The position numbers and the translations under genes were made by a program. Positions 8,384 to 18,443 of a DNA stretch of 59,999 bases are shown piece by piece. The stretch is from Chitinophaga pinensis (GTDB lineage: Bacteria > Bacteroidota > Bacteroidia > AKYH767-A > OLB10): contig CALQOD010000004.1 in NCBI GenBank assembly GCA_943332105.1, positions 1 to 59,999 of the forward strand, read 5' to 3'. Under the pieces are notes generated by a model that worked only from the letters and a program-made list of their open reading frames with translations, was not told the origin of the DNA and ran no database searches. The stretch's first letter is position 1. Each line of letters opens with the position of its first letter.

Positions 8384-9735
8384 CGATTACCTTTTTTTGC
8401 TTCGTCGTAATTTGGATAAGACAACTGTTCTTCAAATTTTTCAATTTTATCAAGCCTGCCAAATTGTTTAAAATAAATCTTGCTACTCATTGCATCACCA
8501 TGCAAAGAACCATATTCAAATTGATAAGTTTGAAATACATTTAATACAATAAAAAACGTCACAATAATGGCCAACGAGTACCTATAGCGCTTTTCTTTAG
8601 TGAATACTTTTGATACAATGCATGCGATTGGAATTGCTAAAATCGAATAAAGTGGAACCATCGATTTTTGTCCGAAGCTTCCACCATACCACCAGTTCCA
8701 CCAACTTAATGTAATGTAAACAAATAATAGTGTTACAGTAATCACCGACCATTTTAATTCAGGAACACGCTTACGCATAAAATATATTCCAGGAAGGATA
8801 AGCAACATAAGTGGAGTATAAATAAACCAGCCTTTTTGAAATCCAAAAAGACCTTTCCAAAACATCGGCTTTAAGAAATAATAATGCTCGTAATTATCAG
8901 ATGCGCCTAAATAACTTCCCAAGGTTAACTTCCAATATTTTAATTGAGGAATCCATACTGAAATAAAAATTATCGTGAAAATGATCAGCGCATAAACTGG
9001 AATTTTTTTAGATCCAATTTCTGTCAACTTTTTTACATCATATAAAATGAAATAGAACGCAAATAATATCAAAGGCAAATGAATTAAAGTCATTAATGAC
9101 AATGTTGCACTAACAATAATGATTGATTTTAATTTTCGATTCATATGCCATTTGGCTGTTGCGTAGGCAAAAAGTGCACTTAACGCAAACAAATAAACTT
9201 CTGGTAATGGCGCCGACTGTGAAGCATAGCAAAAAAGGTTCGTTCCTAGCCCAACAATTAAAAGTGTTATAGCAATTTCTCTTTCAGAAAAATTATAATG
9301 AAGTAGTAATTTCCGGAGATAAAGCAATCCAATAAAAAAATAAAACAATGCACTTAGTAATAAAAAAAACTGATAGGGCTCTGAAAAACCTGTTAACGGA
9401 TAATCAAACGCTTTTGCTACCTGATGCGCCACAGCAAAAAATGGTGCATACATAATCGATAGCCCATATGTTTTATCAAACGCTTTTTTACCACTATCGT
9501 ATTGCTTAAGCCAAAACCAATATTGTCCTTCACCACATTTATAATCGCTCTTCTCTAATTTAAGATCATCAAAAATAAATTTAGCTGGAAGATACCCATA
9601 ATAAGAATGCACATCATATGCGATTACTTTTTCATCATGACGCCACTTTTTAAGATTCATATCTACGAGCAACGCACAAAGCGGGATGAACAGGACCAGA
9701 ATAAGCGAAAATCTTCTTTTAAACAAATTAACCAT
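8380..9735 (-). CDS. Polytopic membrane protein, putative GT-C glycosyltransferase
   Basis: Multiple TM helices; first-loop IAYDVHSYYGYLPA; KGWFIYTP and SWWNWWYGGSFG motifs; ATGA overlap with the downstream gene. Confidence 0.68.
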   Translation of the reverse strand: MVNLFKRRFSLILVLFIPLCALLVDMNLKKWRHDEKVIAYDVHSYYGYLPAKFIFDDLKLEKSDYKCGEGQYWFWLKQYDSGKKAFDKTYGLSIMYAPFFAVAHQVAKAFDYPLTGFSEPYQFFLLLSALFYFFIGLLYLRKLLLHYNFSEREIAITLLIVGLGTNLFCYASQSAPLPEVYLFALSALFAYATAKWHMNRKLKSIIIVSATLSLMTLIHLPLILFAFYFILYDVKKLTEIGSKKIPVYALIIFTIIFISVWIPQLKYWKLTLGSYLGASDNYEHYYFLKPMFWKGLFGFQKGWFIYTPLMLLILPGIYFMRKRVPELKWSVITVTLLFVYITLSWWNWWYGGSFGQKSMVPLYSILAIPIACIVSKVFTKEKRYRYSLAIIVTFFIVLNVFQTYQFEYGSLHGDAMSSKIYFKQFGRLDKIEKFEEQLSYPNYDEAKKGNR

Positions 9736-9740
9736 TACCT

Positions 9741-9748
9741 CAAAGATA
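9741..9748 (-). promoter_or_regulatory. -7 box (TATCTTTG) 5 nt before the start codon of the GT-C pair
   Basis: Minus strand reads TATCTTTG-AGGTA-ATG (ATG at 9735). Confidence 0.6.
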
Positions 9749-9822
9749 TTTAATTTCGATTTACCTACTTGTGATGTGTTGTATGATTATTCTTAATTAA
9801 ATTAGCAGCAAAATTAAATGGC

Positions 9823-10332
9823 ATGAAAAGGATTTTATTTATCGTTGTAGTTTCCACTTTATTATTTGGCTGTGGATCAAAAGAAGAGCAACAGACTTCG
9901 TTTTACAACAACGATTTTGAAGTAATGGGGAATTGGTCAACAAAAGAACAGTTAACAACTGAAGCAAGCCATAGTGGAACATTCTCAACATATACTGACA
10001 GCACATCCATTTTTTCGCAAACGATGGTTGCCTCTAATAAGCAATTAAAAAACAAAACGGTTAAAAGTATAACTGCAAATGTTTGGGTTATGTCGAAATT
10101 ACAAAATGCAAAAGGGAAGTTGGTTTTATCTATTGATAAAAATGATAAGAGCGTAGTTTGGCAAGGAAGCGATATTCAGAACACTGTTAAGGTTCCAAAC
10201 AAATGGGATTTAGTTCAATTAAAAATCGATTTAAAAGAGCCATTAACAGATGATATGGTAATTAAACTTTATGGATTAAACGAAGGCAAATCGAAGGTTT
10301 ATTGGGATGATTTTTCGTTGACTTTTGAATAA
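9823..10332 (+). CDS. Lipoprotein with carbohydrate-binding-module-like (galactose-binding jelly-roll) domain
   Basis: Lipobox LFGC; NNDFE...W...ASHSG...S, VWV, NKW and terminal VYWDDFSL pattern typical of CBM4/9-like domains. Confidence 0.65.
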   Translation: MKRILFIVVVSTLLFGCGSKEEQQTSFYNNDFEVMGNWSTKEQLTTEASHSGTFSTYTDSTSIFSQTMVASNKQLKNKTVKSITANVWVMSKLQNAKGKLVLSIDKNDKSVVWQGSDIQNTVKVPNKWDLVQLKIDLKEPLTDDMVIKLYGLNEGKSKVYWDDFSLTFE

Positions 10333-11255
10333 TCGATATTCGTATCACTTATAACATATAAGGGTCGATTTCGCACATTAGAACTAATACGGCTAATATA
10401 TTCACCAATAATTCCAATGGTAATTAGCTGCACACCTCCAATAAATAATACGGAGATAATGATAGATGTCCAACCAGGAACGTAATCTCGTGATATAAAG
10501 CGAGCATATAGCGCGTACATGGCTACACAAAATGTTATTCCTGAAACAAGAAATCCTGCAATTGTAGCTATGCGCAAAGGTAAATTTGAAAAGGAAGTAA
10601 TTCCATCGAACGCTAAGCGCACCATCTTACGAATAGTATAACTAGACTTTCCATCTGCTCTTTCGTCTCGATTATATTTTACTGAAGCTTGGTTAAAACC
10701 AACCCACGCAATTTGTCCTCGCAAGAACTTTTGTTGTTCTGGCATTTGTTTAAGTACATTTATTACTTTTCGTGAGATAATTCTAAAATCGCCGGTATCA
10801 AGTGGAATATTGATAGAAGTAATTTTAGTTAAAATTCGATAAAAGAACTTCGCTGTAATTGTTTTAAACAATGTTTCTCCTTTGCGTATATTTCTCTTCG
10901 CGTATACTACATCAAATCCTTCCTTTGCTTTTGTGTATAAATCGTTGATTAATTCTGGAGGATCTTGTAAGTCAGCATCAATTATCACAGCATAGCTACC
11001 AGCACAAATATCCAAGCCGGCAGAAACCGCAATCTGATGTCCGAAATTCCGACTCAAACTAATATACTTAACACGTGAATCTTGTTTTGCAAGCTGATGA
11101 ATTAATTGAAAAGAATCATCTTTACTTCCATCATTTACAAATATAATTTCGAAATAATTACTGATAGCGTTAGCTACCGAAACGCATCGGTTATAAATAG
11201 TACTAATATTTTTCTCTTCGTTAAATACGGGAATTACAACCGATAGTTCAATCAT
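10299..11255 (-). CDS. GtrB/ArnC-like GT2 undecaprenyl-phosphate glycosyltransferase
   Basis: SVVIPVFNEE, NDGSKD, SRNFGHQ, IDADLQDPP, GDFR, two C-terminal TM helices, GEYISRI...RPLY. ATG 11255 preferred over TTG 11267. 3' end overlaps the convergent lipoprotein gene by 34 nt. Confidence 0.9.
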   Translation of the reverse strand: MIELSVVIPVFNEEKNISTIYNRCVSVANAISNYFEIIFVNDGSKDDSFQLIHQLAKQDSRVKYISLSRNFGHQIAVSAGLDICAGSYAVIIDADLQDPPELINDLYTKAKEGFDVVYAKRNIRKGETLFKTITAKFFYRILTKITSINIPLDTGDFRIISRKVINVLKQMPEQQKFLRGQIAWVGFNQASVKYNRDERADGKSSYTIRKMVRLAFDGITSFSNLPLRIATIAGFLVSGITFCVAMYALYARFISRDYVPGWTSIIISVLFIGGVQLITIGIIGEYISRISSNVRNRPLYVISDTNIDYSKVNEKSSQ

Positions 11256-11259
11256 ATTT

Positions 11260-11919
11260 TTAATCAATTATCATTTCAGGTATTTCTCCTTCCACAACTA
11301 ATTTTCCTGCTGTTGCTTTTCGTATCTCCTCCACCGTTACACCTGGAGCTCTTTCTAGAAGCACGAATCCTTTTCCTGGAACAACTTCCAATACTGCAAG
11401 TTCAGTCACAATTTTCTTAATGCATTTTACACCTGTTAATGGAAGCGTGCATTCAGGAAGCAATTTTGATTCGCCTGCTTTATTGACATGCTGCATAGCA
11501 ACAATAATATTTTTTGCTGCTGCAACAAGATCCATTGCACCACCCATTCCTTTAACCATCTTACCAGGAATTTTCCAATTAGCAATGTCTCCATTTTCAC
11601 TTACTTCCATTGCACCAAGAATAGTTAAATCTACTTTCCCTGCGCGAATCATTCCGAAGCTTAAAGCAGAATCGAAATAAGCTGTGCCTGACACTTCGGT
11701 TATTGTTTGCTTACCTGCGTTTATTAAGTCGGCATCTTCTTCTCCTTCAAAAGGAAAAGGACCCATACCTAACATTCCATTTTCAGATTGTAGTGTAACA
11801 TTTAAACCTTTCGGTATATAATTCGCTACCAATGTAGGAATTCCTATTCCTAAGTTTACATAACTACCGTCTTTTACTTCTTGTGCGATACGCTTTGCGA
11901 TTCCAACCTTATCCAACAT
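11260..11919 (-). CDS. scoB: Succinyl-CoA:3-oxoacid CoA-transferase subunit B
   Basis: VNLGIGIPT, QSENG (catalytic Glu), GMGGAMDL. Confidence 0.93.
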   Translation of the reverse strand: MLDKVGIAKRIAQEVKDGSYVNLGIGIPTLVANYIPKGLNVTLQSENGMLGMGPFPFEGEEDADLINAGKQTITEVSGTAYFDSALSFGMIRAGKVDLTILGAMEVSENGDIANWKIPGKMVKGMGGAMDLVAAAKNIIVAMQHVNKAGESKLLPECTLPLTGVKCIKKIVTELAVLEVVPGKGFVLLERAPGVTVEEIRKATAGKLVVEGEIPEMIID

Positions 11920-11937
11920 AATTGTTTGATTTTAAAA

Positions 11938-12636
11938 TTATTTTTTTTGACGTACTGTTCTTTGCTCAATTCTCTTCTCGTAATTGTCTCCTTGAAATAT
12001 TCTATGTACATAAATTCCTGGTACATGAATATGATCTGGATCTAACGTTCCTGCTGGTACTAACTCTTCAACTTCTGCAATTGTAATTTGTCCGGCCATA
12101 GCCATTGGCATATTAAAATTACGTGTTGTTTTTCTAAATATCAGATTGCCGTGTGTATCACCTTTCCATGCTTTTACAATTGCAAACTTTGCTTTAAACG
12201 CCATCTCTAATAAATATTCTACGCCATCAAAGACTCGTGTTTCTTTTCCTATTGCGACCTCTGTTCCAACACCAGCACGCACCCATACTGCAGGCATTCC
12301 ATAAGCAGCAGCCATGCAGCGCGTTGCCAATGTTCCCTGAGGAATTAAATCTACTTCTAATTCGCCACTTAATAACTGTCTTTCGAATTCCGCATTTTCA
12401 CCAACATAAGATGAAATCATTTTTTTTACCTGACGCGTTTTAAGCATCAAACCAATACCAAAATCGTCAACCCCCGCATTATTAGAAATGCAGGTAAGGT
12501 CTTTCGTCCCTTTATTAACTAATGCATTGATACAATTTTCTGGAATTCCACAAAGGCCAAAGCCCCCTAACATTATCACTTCGCCATCTTGAATATCGTG
12601 GATTGCGGCAGCTGCATTATTTACTACTTTATTCAT
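11938..12636 (-). CDS. scoA: Succinyl-CoA:3-oxoacid CoA-transferase subunit A
   Basis: GGFGLCGIPE, SSYVGEN, PQGTLA; ATG 12636 (MNKVV) sits just after the PBP1A stop and is preferred to 12651. Confidence 0.93.
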   Translation of the reverse strand: MNKVVNNAAAAIHDIQDGEVIMLGGFGLCGIPENCINALVNKGTKDLTCISNNAGVDDFGIGLMLKTRQVKKMISSYVGENAEFERQLLSGELEVDLIPQGTLATRCMAAAYGMPAVWVRAGVGTEVAIGKETRVFDGVEYLLEMAFKAKFAIVKAWKGDTHGNLIFRKTTRNFNMPMAMAGQITIAEVEELVPAGTLDPDHIHVPGIYVHRIFQGDNYEKRIEQRTVRQKK

Positions 12637-12637
12637 T

Positions 12638-14854
12638 TTAATTAATATCAAAATTATTTGTTGTGCCTGGTACTATTGGCATATTATACTTTGAGCAATC
12701 AAGTTCAACATTTAAAGGTTTTTGAGGTTTAGCAAATTCTCCTTGAGAATAATTCAATTTAGGATCATCGAAAATTTTTCTCATAAATAACCCCCATATA
12801 GGTAATGCGGTATTTGCACCTTGGCCTAGTGCTGTAGATCGAAAATGAATACTTCTATCTTCGCAACCAACCCAACAGCCAGCCACTAATTCAGGGGTGA
12901 TACCCATGAACCAGCCATCACTATTATTTTGTGTAGTGCCTGTTTTACCTGCAATAGGATTTGTAAAATGGTAGGCCCCACCTCTCAATCTTTCACCTGT
13001 ACCAAATTTAGTTACACCTTCCATCAGGTTTAACATTAAATACGCTGTCTCTTCATTAATAGCTTCTACTTTTCTTGGTACGAACTCTTGTAAAACTACA
13101 CCATTTTTATCTTCAATACGAGTAATATACATAGGTTCCGTCCAAATTCCTTTGTTCGCAAATGTTCCATATGCACCTACCATTTCAAAAACTGAAATAT
13201 CGGCAGAGCCTAAAGCAATAGAGGCATATGGTTCAATAGGCGTGGTAATTCCCATTTTATGAGCAACTTGGATAACGGCTTCTGGTCCGAACTGTTTCAT
13301 TAAATATGCAGAGACACAATTAACAGAATTTGCTAATGCCTGTATAAGCGATAACATTCCACCATAATGACCATCAGCATTAGAAGGCGTCCAAGAATGC
13401 CCAAATTTATCAAGTATTGTTACCTTAGCATTAGGCACTTTATAACATGGAGAATATCCTTCTTGCATTGCAAGTGTATAAACGAAAGGTTTAAATGTAG
13501 AACCTACTTGGCGTGAGCCTTCCTTAACTTGATCATATTTAAAATAATGAAAATCTAATCCTCCAACCCATGCTTTTACTTGACCCGTTTGAGGTTCAAG
13601 CGCCATAAACCCTGTACGCAAAAACATTTTATAATAGCGAATCGAATCCATCGGCGACATAATTGTATCAACATCTCCTTTCCAAGAAAAAATAGTCATC
13701 TTAATTTTCTTATTAAAATTATTAGTGATTTGATCTGCTGAAAATCCTTGTTCCTTTAAATTCTTATAGCGTTCCGACCGCCTCATTCCTTGTATAATTA
13801 ACTCCGGATAGTCTTCCCAAGGGGAACGATCTTTCCAGTGCTCGTAAAATGTTTCTTGTAATTTAGTAAGATGCTGCCTTACTGCTTCCTCCGCATACCG
13901 TTGCATACGAGAATCAATAGTTGTATAAATTTTTAGTCCGTCTCGATATAAATTATAATTCGTACCGTCCGCTTTTTTATGTTCGGAGCACCATTTTAAT
14001 AAATCCTTTTTTAATACCTCTCTAAAATGTTGTGCAATTCCTGATACATGGCTTTCTGGTCTGAAGCGAAGTCGAATAGGAAGTTTTTGAACCGAGTCAG
14101 CGACTTCTTCTGTGATGAAATTATATTTTTTTAGCTGACCAATCACAACATTTCTCCTTGTCATCGCATTTTCGGGATTACGAATAGGATTATAAAGCGA
14201 TGGTGCTTGAAGCATACCAATTAATAATGCGGCTTCTTGTATAGATACTTCATTGGGGTCTTTTTGAAAATAAGTGGAGCAAGCTGAACGAATGCCAAAT
14301 GTATTATTACCAAATTCCACTGTATTTAAATACATCGCAAGAATTTCGTATTTGGTATAGTTCTTTTCTAACTTAACAGCTATAATCCATTCCTTTATTT
14401 TACGTAGCACCAATTGCGGCTTACTAAGTTTTTCGCCTCTGGGAAATAAATTCTTTGCTAATTGTTGAGTAAGAGTGCTACCTCCTCCAGCACTCTGATG
14501 CAAAAAAATAGTTTTTACTAGTACTCGAACCAATCCTCTAACATCTACACCAGAATGCTGATCAAAACGAACATCTTCTGTCGCCTTTAGTGCGTTTATT
14601 ATATTTGGTGATAACTCATTATAGTGAATATTCACCCTGTTCTCTTTAAAATATTTTCCAATCGATTCCATATCGGAGGAATATATTTCACTTGCCAACA
14701 TCGAGTTGGGATTTTCAAGTTCTTCAAATGTTGGTAAATCTCCCATATAGCCCAGTGCTACAAGCGAAATAAATCCAACTAAAAACAGCAAAGGCGTGAA
14801 GATAATTAACCAGATAAAAAATATTATTCGTCGAACATTTGAAAATGATTTCAT
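12638..14854 (-). CDS. mrcA: Class A penicillin-binding protein (PBP1A)
   Basis: TM anchor; transglycosylase EDVRF..HSG and GGSTLTQQLAKN; transpeptidase STFK, SVN, KTG. Confidence 0.92.
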   Translation of the reverse strand: MKSFSNVRRIIFFIWLIIFTPLLFLVGFISLVALGYMGDLPTFEELENPNSMLASEIYSSDMESIGKYFKENRVNIHYNELSPNIINALKATEDVRFDQHSGVDVRGLVRVLVKTIFLHQSAGGGSTLTQQLAKNLFPRGEKLSKPQLVLRKIKEWIIAVKLEKNYTKYEILAMYLNTVEFGNNTFGIRSACSTYFQKDPNEVSIQEAALLIGMLQAPSLYNPIRNPENAMTRRNVVIGQLKKYNFITEEVADSVQKLPIRLRFRPESHVSGIAQHFREVLKKDLLKWCSEHKKADGTNYNLYRDGLKIYTTIDSRMQRYAEEAVRQHLTKLQETFYEHWKDRSPWEDYPELIIQGMRRSERYKNLKEQGFSADQITNNFNKKIKMTIFSWKGDVDTIMSPMDSIRYYKMFLRTGFMALEPQTGQVKAWVGGLDFHYFKYDQVKEGSRQVGSTFKPFVYTLAMQEGYSPCYKVPNAKVTILDKFGHSWTPSNADGHYGGMLSLIQALANSVNCVSAYLMKQFGPEAVIQVAHKMGITTPIEPYASIALGSADISVFEMVGAYGTFANKGIWTEPMYITRIEDKNGVVLQEFVPRKVEAINEETAYLMLNLMEGVTKFGTGERLRGGAYHFTNPIAGKTGTTQNNSDGWFMGITPELVAGCWVGCEDRSIHFRSTALGQGANTALPIWGLFMRKIFDDPKLNYSQGEFAKPQKPLNVELDCSKYNMPIVPGTTNNFDIN

Positions 14855-14888
14855 GTTTGGTTTATTATAATTTAAATTTAAATAATTA

Positions 14889-17423
14889 TTAGAAATCAGG
14901 ATTTATATCCATTTGCATTTCCATTGGTCGATTAGATTTTTTGCGCTGAAATAAATTTGCTTCTGTTGTCCCAAATCGATAAGTCAATGTGAAATTCCCT
15001 ACTTGTGATTCTCTCTTGCGTTGCATATCGTATATGAATCCTTCGCCCACATTATGAATAACCATTTTACGCGTATTAAAAATATCTGTAATATTTACGG
15101 ACAAATTTAATTTTCCTTTTAGAAATTCTCTCCTTGCGCCGATATCAACCCCACTCATTCCCTTAAAACTTCCTTGGGGAGTTTTTGTTTGCGACATATA
15201 CATCCCAGTAATTTGTAAGCTAGTCGTTTTTGATGCTTTGATGTTGATATTTGTTCTTAACGTCCAGTTATTACTTGTGCTTTGCAATGCGGCATCAATA
15301 TTTTCTCCGTTGATTTTATTGTTGAAATAATTGAATGTTGTGGTAGATGTTATAGCCTTACTAAACTGATTCTTCAAAACTATTTCTAATCCAGTATTTG
15401 CTGATGAACTATAATTAATAAACTTCATTGTTGATACACCAGTTGTATCAATTGATCTGAAACGACTTATTAAATTTTTTGTATATCGATAGTATAAGGT
15501 GGCAGAAAGCGATTGCTCTTTAAACTTTCTGAAATAATTGAATTCATAACTATCAATAAATTCAGGTTTTAATTGAGGGTTCCCTGTTCTAACGTTACGT
15601 ATATCCGATATATCTGTAAACGGATTTAAATTTTGAGAATTTGGTCGGTTCACGCGTTTACTATAAACTAATTGGAAATCATTTTTCTCTTGTACCGTAT
15701 ACTTAATTGCAGCACTTGGAAAAAGGTTGGTATAGTTCTGCTCAAAATCATTTGTATCATTTGTTGCATTACCAATGATTCGCGTATTTTCTACTCTCAC
15801 ACCTCCTTGCAATTCGACAAACTTATCTTTTTTAATTAACGAAGGAGCCCGTCCTGCAAATTGAACATAGGCGGCAGTAATTTCATCTTTATAAATAAAA
15901 TGATCTGTGTTTGCCGAATCAACTTCATCTCGATTTAAGCCTTTTAAGCCTTTTTGATTATTATCATTGGTTCTAAAGGTGCCTTTGGCGCCAGTTTCAA
16001 ACTTTGAGTTTTGATTTATAGGATGAGTATAATCTGTTTGTACTGTTAAAGTGTTAAAATTTCCGTCGCGGTTTAAATTTGAATACTGATATGTAGTATC
16101 AACCGTTAAATAATTATCGTGATCATTATTTTCACTTTGAGAATAATTAGCTGATGCAGAAAACTCTCTCTTTGTTCCAGGAATTATATGACGAATATCC
16201 AACCCGCCTTCTAAATTTTTATTGCTGTTATCTGATTTAGTTGTACGATAAAACCCACCATCAAGAATTGCTCTTGCGGAATCTTCGTAAGTAGTAGTAT
16301 TAAGCTCATATCTTGTTTCGGCTCTTTCGCTGTATCCACCTGATATACCAAGTGTAGTATTATTTGATAAATTAATATCTAACGACGAACGAAATGAATT
16401 ATTAAAATTTTTATTTCTTCCTTCCGTAATTGATTCTTCAAAGGGCGGTAATGGTATCAATAGGGAATCAATCTTATTTTCACGAGTCGAATTACCAGAT
16501 GAAGTTCTTGTCTCCTCACGGAAATTATAACTAATATTCAAATTAGTTTTCTTAGTCCGGTTATTCAAAGATATACCCGCATTGTATTTATCACGCGTAC
16601 CGGCACCTATTGTAACAGATCCGTTTACGCCACTGCGTTTATCTTTTTTAGTTTTAATGTTGATGATACCCGCCATTCCTTCCGCATCATAGCGTGCACT
16701 CGGATTAGTAATAATTTCTATCTGGTCAATAGATCCAGCAGGAAGCTGTTGTAACAAAGATGATTTATCACCACCTCCTAAACTTGATGGCTTACCGTCA
16801 ATTAGAATAGTAAGGTTTTCACTTCCCCTTAAACTGATTTTACCATCAATATCTACATTAACAGAAGGTACATTTCTTAATACATCAGATGCTGTTCCTC
16901 CTATACTAATTAAATCTTTTTCTACATTATAGATTTTTTTATCTAGTGAGTTAACATAATCAGCTTTTTCTGCGGTAACTTCTACCTCTTTCAAATTTTT
17001 CTGTGATGCTGCAACATAAACAATTCCGAAGTCCTTTGTTGGTTCCATTGGATTTAACATAAAAGGTTTCGAATCCATTTTACGATAACCAATAGCACTA
17101 ATACGCAAAAAATATTTTCCAGGCTTTAACGATTCAATAATAAAGTGGCCTTTCCCATTTGTTAATACACCACCAACAATAGCTGAATCACGCACCTTTA
17201 ATACTGCAACAGATGTAAACTCAAGTCCGGATTTTGTTAATGAATCCTGTAATGTACCCATTACCTTACAAATAGCAGGCATATTTTGAAATGCCGAATC
17301 ACGGTTAAATCCACCACGCAAAGATGAATCACGTTTCCCTCCGAAATTTGGCTGCTGAGCATAGCCAGAAGAAAAAACTATTGCTAATAAGAAGGTTAGT
17401 TTAATTTTAGATAAAATCCTCAT
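14889..17423 (-). CDS. TonB-dependent receptor / outer-membrane beta-barrel protein
   Basis: Signal peptide (GYA/QQ), N-terminal beta-sandwich, plug motif IEIITNPSARYDAEG.AGIINI, barrel motif GNPQLKPEF, LTYRFG. Confidence 0.85.
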   Translation of the reverse strand: MRILSKIKLTFLLAIVFSSGYAQQPNFGGKRDSSLRGGFNRDSAFQNMPAICKVMGTLQDSLTKSGLEFTSVAVLKVRDSAIVGGVLTNGKGHFIIESLKPGKYFLRISAIGYRKMDSKPFMLNPMEPTKDFGIVYVAASQKNLKEVEVTAEKADYVNSLDKKIYNVEKDLISIGGTASDVLRNVPSVNVDIDGKISLRGSENLTILIDGKPSSLGGGDKSSLLQQLPAGSIDQIEIITNPSARYDAEGMAGIINIKTKKDKRSGVNGSVTIGAGTRDKYNAGISLNNRTKKTNLNISYNFREETRTSSGNSTRENKIDSLLIPLPPFEESITEGRNKNFNNSFRSSLDINLSNNTTLGISGGYSERAETRYELNTTTYEDSARAILDGGFYRTTKSDNSNKNLEGGLDIRHIIPGTKREFSASANYSQSENNDHDNYLTVDTTYQYSNLNRDGNFNTLTVQTDYTHPINQNSKFETGAKGTFRTNDNNQKGLKGLNRDEVDSANTDHFIYKDEITAAYVQFAGRAPSLIKKDKFVELQGGVRVENTRIIGNATNDTNDFEQNYTNLFPSAAIKYTVQEKNDFQLVYSKRVNRPNSQNLNPFTDISDIRNVRTGNPQLKPEFIDSYEFNYFRKFKEQSLSATLYYRYTKNLISRFRSIDTTGVSTMKFINYSSSANTGLEIVLKNQFSKAITSTTTFNYFNNKINGENIDAALQSTSNNWTLRTNINIKASKTTSLQITGMYMSQTKTPQGSFKGMSGVDIGARREFLKGKLNLSVNITDIFNTRKMVIHNVGEGFIYDMQRKRESQVGNFTLTYRFGTTEANLFQRKKSNRPMEMQMDINPDF

Positions 17424-17432
17424 GTTATAATT

Positions 17433-18443
17433 CTAGTACGATAACTCGTTAAATAATACTTGTAATAATGTTTGTCCGACAGCCTTTAAAGAATTTTTGT
17501 CAATCTTATCAATCGTATCTCCATGCGTATGCCAGTGTTTCCAAAAATGTGAAGGTGTATTATAATCATAATGGATTATATCTGTACATTTTATTTGTGC
17601 CGTCTGATTGATGTAATAATGATCATCAACGATAGGATTAGTTTTCTCTGTTAAAAAATAACTTCCATAGCCTAAATCACCAGCTGATTTCCATACCATG
17701 CCAGTCACATTCTCCGCATAGCGCATCGATGTTCCCTCTTGTGTAAATGTCGCATTTGTAGCTCCCACCATATCTAATAAAATTCCGTAGCGAGCAAAAT
17801 AATTTGGCGTATGCAAATGTTGCGACCAATACTGCGAACCTAAACAATAAGAATCATCCATATCTGGGTAACCACTATTTTCTGGCTGACCATAATCTTC
17901 AATATCAAAGAAAATAATATCAACTCCTAAATCAGGTTTTGCAATTGATAATTGACGAGCAACTTCAATTAAAATACCAACACCGCTTGCTCCGTCATTT
18001 GCTCCATCAATAGGTTCATTTTTTCTTACTGAATCCTGATCAGCAAACGGACGAGAATCCCAATGAGAACATAACATAATTCGATTTCCTTTAGAAGGAT
18101 TAAAAGAACTAATAACATTTTTTCCATTTAACGTTTTTCCGTCGAAGCCACGGGTTTGAAAACTTTGTACGATAACTGTATCAGCGTATTTTTTCATGGT
18201 TCTACTTAACCAATCAGCACATTTTGCTTGAGCTGTTGAATTAGGTATTCGTGGACCAAAATCTGTTTGTGCCTTCACATAATCAAAAGAAGAGTCTGCA
18301 TTAAAAGTGGGTGCAGGCTGTGTTTTATTTCCGTTATTATTAGAATTATTTGTTTCGTTTTTTGTACCTGTGTTACATGCAGCAAGCGCAAGCATTACAG
18401 CACTAAATAGAACCAGCTTAATTTTTGCTCCAGATTGAGCCAT
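17433..18443 (-). CDS. M28-fold lipoprotein, probable glutaminyl-peptide cyclotransferase
   Basis: Lipobox LAAC; [40 protein letters not shown] motifs. Confidence 0.78.
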   Translation of the reverse strand: MAQSGAKIKLVLFSAVMLALAACNTGTKNETNNSNNNGNKTQPAPTFNADSSFDYVKAQTDFGPRIPNSTAQAKCADWLSRTMKKYADTVIVQSFQTRGFDGKTLNGKNVISSFNPSKGNRIMLCSHWDSRPFADQDSVRKNEPIDGANDGASGVGILIEVARQLSIAKPDLGVDIIFFDIEDYGQPENSGYPDMDDSYCLGSQYWSQHLHTPNYFARYGILLDMVGATNATFTQEGTSMRYAENVTGMVWKSAGDLGYGSYFLTEKTNPIVDDHYYINQTAQIKCTDIIHYDYNTPSHFWKHWHTHGDTIDKIDKNSLKAVGQTLLQVLFNELSY

